Virus record (IMG/VR): IMGVR_UViG_3300023093_000001
Location: 1-59,490 of that record
Length of the DNA: 59,490 bases
DNA from: a virus
Lineage: Duplodnaviria; Caudoviricetes
Strand: one strand, 5' to 3'
Shown here: positions 52,815 to 59,490 of the stretch, one piece after another
Numbering within the stretch: position 1 is the stretch's first letter
Layout of the letters: each line of letters opens with the position of its first letter
The notes under the pieces: model-generated
Databases searched by the model: none
What the model was told of the DNA's origin: nothing
What the model saw: the letters and a program-made list of their open reading frames with translations, nothing else
Translations under genes and position numbers: made by a program

Positions 52815-55800
52815 TTACTCAACTCCTCCTTAAGGATCGACATCTGGTTCTTGTTCTGACGGTAGATCTCTGCCGCAGGGAGAGCGACTGGCGAGTAGTT
52901 GTTCTGAGTCATGTTGACCTCAGTCGAAGGACCGGAGCCCTCTGCAACTGCCTGCTGGTACTCCCCGTACTTGTTGGCAATCTCGTTCGCTCGAGCAGTA
53001 GCTGTATCGACGGAAATAGACTTCGACCCAACAATCCCACTGATTAGACCAGCATCCTTCTTGAGCCCCGAGAGATCCAAGACAGGTCGAATTGTAGGTG
53101 CCGTGTCCATCCCAAGCGACATCTCGTTACCAGCCTGTGCCATAGCCTTCTTCAAGGAAGATACGGCTGCATCGCCAAGGTCCGTTGCGGAACGCTCGAC
53201 GAACTTGGTGCGGTTGGTAATACCAACTCCAACACCTTCTCCAGTGTACTCACCGAGTTCTGTGGTCACCTTTGATGGGGAGTTGATGCCTAGCAGCTTC
53301 TTGATCGCCGGGGCAATGTTGGCTACCAACTTCTGAGCCGCAGCAATTACTCTGCCTACGCCCTTAGTCAGTCCACCAGTCATACCTTCAACGATTGCCG
53401 AAGCCACGTTGAGCCCCGCATCCTGCAACTCGCCACTCTTCCTACGAATGGTGCTAGCGATACCGTTGACAAAGTCAATGATAAGATTAGCGCCTGCTGT
53501 AAGAAGCCTTGGGATCGCTTTACCGATTCCCTCGAGGAGGTTGACAATGATGTCAGTACCCTTCTCAATTACCTTGCCGATGTTCTTAGCGATACCATCG
53601 AGAATTCCGATGATAATCTTCATGCCGGCATCCACCAGAAGTGGAATAAGGACAATCAGCGCCTCTACCAACTTAGTGACCAGTAGTACGATTGCCTCGA
53701 TGGCCGGCGGAATGATTGCCACGATTGCTGCTATGAGAGCCAGCAACAGTACCGTAATGGTCTCCAGGATCTGAGGACCGGCGGAAGCAATCACCTTGAG
53801 GATCTCGATCATACCGAGGCCGATTTGCTGCGCCACGTAGGGAATAAGACCGGCAAGACCCGTAACTGCCGCGATAAGCACTGTGATAGCTGCTCCACCG
53901 GCGATAGAAAGGGCTGTCAATCCAACAGCAAGAGCTGCAACGCCAATACCCGCAGCCAACACACCGACGCCCAGAAGGGCAATGGCGATGCCCAAGCCGA
54001 CAAGGCCTGGGATGGCTGGAATAAGAGCGATTCCGGCGATAGCAAGGGTGGCGAGAACTAGAGCCAAGGCTCCGAGCCCAGTCCAGATAGTTTCCCAAGA
54101 CAAAGAGCCAAGGAAAGCCAGGATTGGTGCCAATACCGTAAGAGCTGCTGCAGCAACAACCAAAGCCGCAGCTCCAGGAAGAGCCGCAACCATAGCGGTA
54201 AGTCCCACTGCCAGGATAAGAAGTGTCCCACCAAGCAAGACCATTGCCCGACCAATATCATCCCAGTTTAGAGTAGCAAATATCTTGAGCACCCCCGCCA
54301 TGACAGCAAGGCCTACAGATGCCACAACTAGGGCGGCTGCACCAGGAAGAGCCGCAACCATAAGCGTCAAACCCACAGCGAGAATCGCCAAGGTCGAACC
54401 CAAGGTAGCCATAGCTCGACCAATATCATCCCAACTAAGTGTCGAGAAGATCTTGAGTGCGGCAGCGATGATGAGAATGCCAACCGATGCAATTACCAGA
54501 GCAGCAGACCCAGGCAACGTCCCAGCCATAAGCGTAAGGCCTACAGCGAGAATTGCAAGCGTCGCTCCGAGAGTAGCCATAGCCCTGCCAATGTCATCCC
54601 AACTCATTGTCGCGAAGAGCTTGAGGGCTCCCGCAATGATGATCAGTCCGACAGAAGCGATAACCAGCGCGGCCGACCCCAATATAGCTCCGGGGCCTGC
54701 TTTGGACAGCAACAGCATTGCTCCGGATACAATCGCTAGTGCTGCACCCATCCCGACAAGACCCTTGATCAGATCCTCTGTAGGAATAGCCGCCAATATA
54801 GCGATTGCAGCTGCAAATATGGTCATTCCGGTCGCCAGCAAGATCAGCGCAGCACCAAGCACAGTCAGTTTGACTGCATCACTGGTACTGAACATCTTGT
54901 CGAAAGCGGCCATAACAGCACCGAGTTGGGTGAACATGACCGTGATCGCACCGAGGGCAATAGCCAACTTGCCGACATCGATGAAGGACAACGCAACTAC
55001 AGACAGCGTAAGAACACCAACTGCAGCTGCGATCGTGAGAAGCGTCTTAGCCTTGATCTGACCCTGCATCGCAGTAAGAGTATCGGTAAGCCCACCAAAT
55101 ACATTCTTGATGGAATCAACAATACCCCCGCCAGGATTGAGAGACTTGAGCGTGCCTTTCATCTTGTCGATGAACTTGAATATCAGCACGCCGATGCCCG
55201 CAAGGAGACCCGTGTCAATGAGAGACATGACAGAATCGAAGTTACCACTCGAGAACGAACTAGCAATAGCCGGTCCGATACCCTTGAGTGCGTCTCCGAT
55301 CTTCTGGGCAAGTGGCGCAAAGAATGCCGCAACTGCCTCAACGACGACAATAAGTCCGTGGAAACCGGACTTGATCCCATCGATGATGCTCCCCAGAGGC
55401 TGCATCCGCTCTTTAAGCGAGTCAATCCATCCGCCGAAGCCAGACTTAGCGACGTCTCCAGAGGCACCAATCAGATCAAATATAGCCCCGACCAGATTCT
55501 TAAGGAACCCTAGAGCAAACTTAATCCCATTACCAACCACAGTGAAGAACTTACTAAAGCCCTCACCCTTCTTGATTGCCTCGTCAACGCGAACAAGGAA
55601 GTCGCCAACCTTAGCCGTGAATTCGAGAATGCCGCCAGAACCCTTACCTGCGAAGCCCAACACATCGAACAGCATTGTGCCGAAGGCCTTGATGATCTGC
55701 CAACCAATATCGAGGACTGCGAAGAACCCCTTGGCCGTACGACCGATCTGATCGAGCGCTTCCTTACCGGGCTGCAAGCTCTCCACAAAGACTTGAATCT

Positions 55801-57070
55801 GCTTGGTGATGTCGGCGAGCTGCTTACCCGTAACCGGAGGAAATACCTCCTGGAACGCCTTAGCGATAGGGCCAAGGATCGACATTAGGATCTTAAACGC
55901 CGAGGATATGGCGCTGATTGCAGCAGCCCTACCCCCATTGTCAGACCAGTCCTGAAGAACCTTGTTGCGGGCGTCAGACGCGGCACCGATCATCCCACCA
56001 AGAGTATTGTTGACGGTGGTGAACAGATCGGTAGCCTCGTTGAAGTCACCGATGATGATCTTAAACGACTGCGACCAGCCAGATCCAACAGCTTCCTGCA
56101 TGGTGCCGATCAACTGGGTCCACGTACGAACCTTAGTTGCGGCCTCTTCTGCAGTCTTCTGTTGCTGTTTGAAACTTGCGATCGTAGCGTCAGAGAGTCC
56201 GAGAGACGCCATAGTGGCATCATCCATGTCCCCAGCCATGATCTTCAGGTAGTTGCTCATGACATCCGCGGACAGCCAGTTCTGCTCAAGCGAGGAATTG
56301 AAGTCCTTACCTGCGGAAGTGGCCGTAGCGGTTCCGTTAGAGAAGGTTCCCATGGCGTCAGCGATCTCGATGAGCCCGTTCTGCATGTTCTTGTTACCCA
56401 TACCGGCATTAGTCAGAGACTTCCAGTCCATAAGACGGACCGTACCCGCGGACATCGCCTGAGACAGCTGATACGCTGCGCCTGCTGCATTTGCCGCAGA
56501 AACACCCGAAGCTGCTGCCTCGTTGGAGAACCCCTTGATGTTCGCGACGGCATCTTCGATCTTCATACCAGCGTTGGTGAACAGACCGATGTTCTTGGTC
56601 ATGTCACCGAAGTTGTAGATCGTCTTGTCGGCGTAGGTGTTCAACTCATCGAGGGCGCCAGTGACGTCCTGAAGCTTAGTACCATACTTAGACGTGTTCG
56701 CCAAGATAGTCTGGATCGAACCCATGGTGAGCTCATACTCGTCCAGACCAGCCTTGACCGGGTCGATCGTAAGCGAGGAGATAATCCTCTGACCGGCGTC
56801 TACTGCCTTGTTGACGATGTTGGAGAGGGCTGTGATGCCGATTGTTGCCAGGGCGATGAACTTCCCCGACACAACCTCGACCCCGCTCCCAATTCCATCG
56901 AGCGAGAACCTTTTACCAGCAGCGTCTACCTCTTCGAGGCCCTTGGTTGCGCCTTCCATCTTCAGGCTCTGCTTGAGCTTGTCAAGTCCGTCGATTGCCG
57001 GCTTGAGGCCCTTGTCGAGACCCGAGTTGTCAAATCGCATTCCTACGACGCGTTCTTCAATGCTGGGCAT
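52811..57070 (-). CDS. Tape measure protein
   Basis: ~1420 aa; tape-measure domain (L..YADKT.Y, QLSQA...G, DW.SL); repeated SWDDIGRAM units. Confidence 0.93.
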   Translation of the reverse strand: MPSIEERVVGMRFDNSGLDKGLKPAIDGLDKLKQSLKMEGATKGLEEVDAAGKRFSLDGIGSGVEVVSGKFIALATIGITALSNIVNKAVDAGQRIISSLTIDPVKAGLDEYELTMGSIQTILANTSKYGTKLQDVTGALDELNTYADKTIYNFGDMTKNIGLFTNAGMKIEDAVANIKGFSNEAAASGVSAANAAGAAYQLSQAMSAGTVRLMDWKSLTNAGMGNKNMQNGLIEIADAMGTFSNGTATATSAGKDFNSSLEQNWLSADVMSNYLKIMAGDMDDATMASLGLSDATIASFKQQQKTAEEAATKVRTWTQLIGTMQEAVGSGWSQSFKIIIGDFNEATDLFTTVNNTLGGMIGAASDARNKVLQDWSDNGGRAAAISAISSAFKILMSILGPIAKAFQEVFPPVTGKQLADITKQIQVFVESLQPGKEALDQIGRTAKGFFAVLDIGWQIIKAFGTMLFDVLGFAGKGSGGILEFTAKVGDFLVRVDEAIKKGEGFSKFFTVVGNGIKFALGFLKNLVGAIFDLIGASGDVAKSGFGGWIDSLKERMQPLGSIIDGIKSGFHGLIVVVEAVAAFFAPLAQKIGDALKGIGPAIASSFSSGNFDSVMSLIDTGLLAGIGVLIFKFIDKMKGTLKSLNPGGGIVDSIKNVFGGLTDTLTAMQGQIKAKTLLTIAAAVGVLTLSVVALSFIDVGKLAIALGAITVMFTQLGAVMAAFDKMFSTSDAVKLTVLGAALILLATGMTIFAAAIAILAAIPTEDLIKGLVGMGAALAIVSGAMLLLSKAGPGAILGSAALVIASVGLIIIAGALKLFATMSWDDIGRAMATLGATLAILAVGLTLMAGTLPGSAALVIASVGILIIAAALKIFSTLSWDDIGRAMATLGSTLAILAVGLTLMVAALPGAAALVVASVGLAVMAGVLKIFATLNWDDIGRAMVLLGGTLLILAVGLTAMVAALPGAAALVVAAAALTVLAPILAFLGSLSWETIWTGLGALALVLATLAIAGIALIPAIPGLVGLGIAIALLGVGVLAAGIGVAALAVGLTALSIAGGAAITVLIAAVTGLAGLIPYVAQQIGLGMIEILKVIASAGPQILETITVLLLALIAAIVAIIPPAIEAIVLLVTKLVEALIVLIPLLVDAGMKIIIGILDGIAKNIGKVIEKGTDIIVNLLEGIGKAIPRLLTAGANLIIDFVNGIASTIRRKSGELQDAGLNVASAIVEGMTGGLTKGVGRVIAAAQKLVANIAPAIKKLLGINSPSKVTTELGEYTGEGVGVGITNRTKFVERSATDLGDAAVSSLKKAMAQAGNEMSLGMDTAPTIRPVLDLSGLKKDAGLISGIVGSKSISVDTATARANEIANKYGEYQQAVAEGSGPSTEVNMTQNNYSPVALPAAEIYRQNKNQMSILKEELSK

Positions 57071-57447
57071 TAAGGTTTCACCGCCTTCCACACCTCGTTA
57101 GAGATTCTGTCAAATATGGGTCTGATTGCGGGGTTGATGAAGTCTTGCCCCTTGACGTACCCACCTTGGCGAGTTCCGTGGCCGTACTGAAGCATTACGA
57201 CAACCGGAAAGCCATTCTCAGTGTCGGTGTTTGTCCAGGCGATGGTGACGCCGCCACGGTCTTTGACTATCTTGTAGCCCCATGACGACGCACCAACACC
57301 TGAACGAACGGGAGTAGCTGAACGGAGAGCTTCTACGCCCTCCTTAGCGAGCGCATCAAGCCCTTTGTACATGTCTCCGGAGCCAAGTCGCTTAAGCCAC
57401 TTCTCGGTTTCATTCCAGTTACCTGTAACAGTGAACCTAACACCCAC
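57070..57447 (-). CDS. HK97 gp10-like tail/neck protein
   Basis: TPVRSG...SW, LQYGHGT..GG.V.G.DFINPA. Confidence 0.75.
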   Translation of the reverse strand: MGVRFTVTGNWNETEKWLKRLGSGDMYKGLDALAKEGVEALRSATPVRSGVGASSWGYKIVKDRGGVTIAWTNTDTENGFPVVVMLQYGHGTRQGGYVKGQDFINPAIRPIFDRISNEVWKAVKP

Positions 57448-57468
57448 GGTTTGCTCCCATTTTGATTG

Positions 57469-57651
57469 TTACACGTTGGCGGGTGGAAGCTCCACCGGAT
57501 CGGGATCGGGCACGAATTCGTACATTTCATCAAATGCCGAGGTTGTAAGAATGGCACCTACCATTCCGTTTTCGTCCTTGACCCGCACCATATCTATGCC
57601 CATATCCACGAATGGTTCCGCAGAGTAGAGCCTTTTACTTTTATATGCCAT
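57469..57651 (-). CDS. Hypothetical protein
   Basis: GAAAGGA RBS. Confidence 0.5.
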   Translation of the reverse strand: MAYKSKRLYSAEPFVDMGIDMVRVKDENGMVGAILTTSAFDEMYEFVPDPDPVELPPANV

Positions 57652-57661
57652 AGTTTTCCTT

Positions 57662-59455
57662 TCACGGACGGCGCGAATCGTCGCCCATTTCCATAGCGTT
57701 TCTTGCAGTCGGATATGATACTCCGTTTAGAGAAAACCACTGGTTCACTCCAGCGTTCGCATAGATCGAGTTTGGTGGTTTTCCGTTAACGGCGTTTATA
57801 TCGTATGGAACCGAGACGTCAGCGCGGCCATTGGCGCCATTCGAAGCCACCAAATGAATTTGTCGATACCTAGATCGCCACTTTCTAGGAATAAATAGCA
57901 TTGACGCGCCGATTGTCCCGGCATTGTATAGTCCTCGTAGGAAGACGATTCCATCGGGGGTCTTCAACATTGCAGGATTGGACCAAATAGTTCCGTTCGG
58001 ATCGTATCTTGCCCATCCGGTAAAGAAGATTAAGCCAGTAATCCATCCAGTAGTGTTTGGGCCAGGGATTGGAACTTCTTTAAAGTTCGAAAGAGAAGCC
58101 CGATAGAAGGCCCCCAGAGCGACTCCGATGTTCAGTATCTTACCAAACCCACCAGCGCCATTTAGCCCAGCTGCCAACCGACCGAAAGCATACACATTGT
58201 AGCACCACATTGGTTGATGCGTTGCAAGAACACCGTTTGGATAGGTATTACTTCCAGCAGCCATATCAATGATCGTTTGATTTGCGGCCGTCGCAGAAGA
58301 AGTGCTAATTATACCCTCAAATAGGGTAACACCATCTACATCTAAAGTATATCCAACCCGACTAACTCTCGTAGGGGAACATCCGGGAAAGGTCCAACTA
58401 ATAGTTGAGCTAGTAGTCGCTGGCCCTGCCTGCCAAACGGTCCAAGGTGACGAAAGGGTTAAGGGGACAAAAGTGCCATATCCAGCAGCTCGAAACACAA
58501 CATCGTCTAATGCAACCCAACTAGTATTCCCACTACCATTTACAATACCACCCCATCGTACTGTTCCATCGTCAGCGCAAACGTAGATAGTGCCGTTTCC
58601 ACCACCTGCCGAAACGGCAAATATCTGATCAAATTCCGGTCGCATAGCAATAGGTAGTGTTCCAAAAATACTACCAACAGGAACCGCAGCATTAGCATTA
58701 CCGACCAAACCACCAAGACTGACAATTCCAGTCGATGACATGGTTGCCTGAAACGTACCATTACCTAGAACTGTCCCGGGGCCAAACAATGTTGCTTGTT
58801 CCCCATATTCGCCAAATACATCATTAGCGCCATAGCTTCCGTAAGTCGCCCAGGGTGGATTTAAAGCAATATCCCACTGAGGCAGAAACGTTGGTCGTGT
58901 GGCCAAATCGGGGCCAATGACATACCAAGTATTTCCGGATCGACCCACTAAAACCGAACTTCCTGCTTTAAATTCCATATCAGCAGTACTATTCGTAAAG
59001 TGAACATCATTAATTACGGTGCCATCAGTGAGCGTAACTGTGGGCAATCCAAAGAACCACCCCGCCGATATCGTGCCCTTTCGTAATCCACCCGAAAGAG
59101 CTAGCGACTCAGCAGTGATTGCCTTTGTCGAGTTCACCCCAGCCAAGGCCTCAGCCTGGGTTGCAAGCTGAACGAGTCCTCGGCGATCGTTGGTAGCGGT
59201 CAGAGCCGCAAGACCCGAGGGGGTGACAGCACGTACAGTGTCGGTACCAGTAGTTACCTCAACGTTAGTTGCAAGCTCCACCAGCCCGGAAACATCCGTT
59301 GTAGCCGCGATGGGGTACACCTTGCCCGCATTGTACGTGCTGCCGTCGTGACGAGTGAGAATAAGGTCGCCAGAGGGATCGATATCCCCACGAACAACAG
59401 TTCCGTTCTCAATCGCGAGCATACGCTCCATAGTAAAGACCTGAACGGTTCCCAC
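57662..59455 (-). CDS. Tail fibre / receptor-binding protein
   Basis: G.V.LAT..E...G......TP fibre repeats; repeated G.V.L.G / LP...RP beta modules. Confidence 0.75.
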   Translation of the reverse strand: MGTVQVFTMERMLAIENGTVVRGDIDPSGDLILTRHDGSTYNAGKVYPIAATTDVSGLVELATNVEVTTGTDTVRAVTPSGLAALTATNDRRGLVQLATQAEALAGVNSTKAITAESLALSGGLRKGTISAGWFFGLPTVTLTDGTVINDVHFTNSTADMEFKAGSSVLVGRSGNTWYVIGPDLATRPTFLPQWDIALNPPWATYGSYGANDVFGEYGEQATLFGPGTVLGNGTFQATMSSTGIVSLGGLVGNANAAVPVGSIFGTLPIAMRPEFDQIFAVSAGGGNGTIYVCADDGTVRWGGIVNGSGNTSWVALDDVVFRAAGYGTFVPLTLSSPWTVWQAGPATTSSTISWTFPGCSPTRVSRVGYTLDVDGVTLFEGIISTSSATAANQTIIDMAAGSNTYPNGVLATHQPMWCYNVYAFGRLAAGLNGAGGFGKILNIGVALGAFYRASLSNFKEVPIPGPNTTGWITGLIFFTGWARYDPNGTIWSNPAMLKTPDGIVFLRGLYNAGTIGASMLFIPRKWRSRYRQIHLVASNGANGRADVSVPYDINAVNGKPPNSIYANAGVNQWFSLNGVSYPTARNAMEMGDDSRRP

Positions 59456-59490
59456 TTCGTCTCCCTTCTAGAGCGAACTAAGTTGATATG
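59364..59490. repeat. Direct terminal repeat (copy of 1-127)
   Basis: Exact match to the start of the window. Confidence 0.95.

Noticed and set aside
54240-54620. Repeats in the tape measure gene
   Set aside because: Ordinary tape measure periodicity
57662-59455. Diversity-generating retroelement target
   Set aside because: No reverse transcriptase and no TR/VR repeat pair seen
1-59490. Lysogeny module
   Set aside because: No integrase, repressor or parAB recognised

Overview
This window is an apparently complete, circularly assembled genome (59,363 bp unique; bases 1-127 are repeated at 59364-59490) of a siphovirus-type tailed phage. It is probably lytic (no integrase or repressor recognised) and probably infects an actinobacterium: it carries a LAxTG sortase signal and its architecture resembles my recollection of the Arthrobacter AU/AM/AW, Streptomyces BI, Gordonia DJ and Rhodococcus CC group. 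Essentially all genes are on the minus strand. Reading down from the probable cos end near 17.7 kb: endolysin, membrane proteins, terminase small subunit, HNH, adaptor, fibre-like genes, TerL, portal, protease-capsid fusion, three major-tail paralogues with two appendage proteins, tape measure, Dit, Tal and holin. Next come a promoter/gene/terminator cassette array, many small early genes, a helicase-primase-PolB fusion, SSB, a 2H phosphoesterase, a helicase, a putative origin, VRR-NUC, a Cas4/RecB-like nuclease and an ~888 aa protein. The main finding is that this last protein carries the catalytic motifs of a two-barrel RNA polymerase (DG..QVR..KGM, RHP, GADFDGD) plus HTH domains. Its N-terminus resembles an 'FLxH/G...WG' tag shared with putative internal head proteins. 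The genome also has 8 copies of an invariantly spaced, non-sigma70-like promoter motif (TCGCA-N5-WACA-N4-YTATARTG) and several structured non-coding elements, including a ~230 nt pseudoknotted RNA candidate and a tRNA-like element with a non-canonical anticodon loop. Together these suggest a phage-encoded, possibly virion-packaged transcription system. All assignments come from reading motifs by eye; no database search was run.
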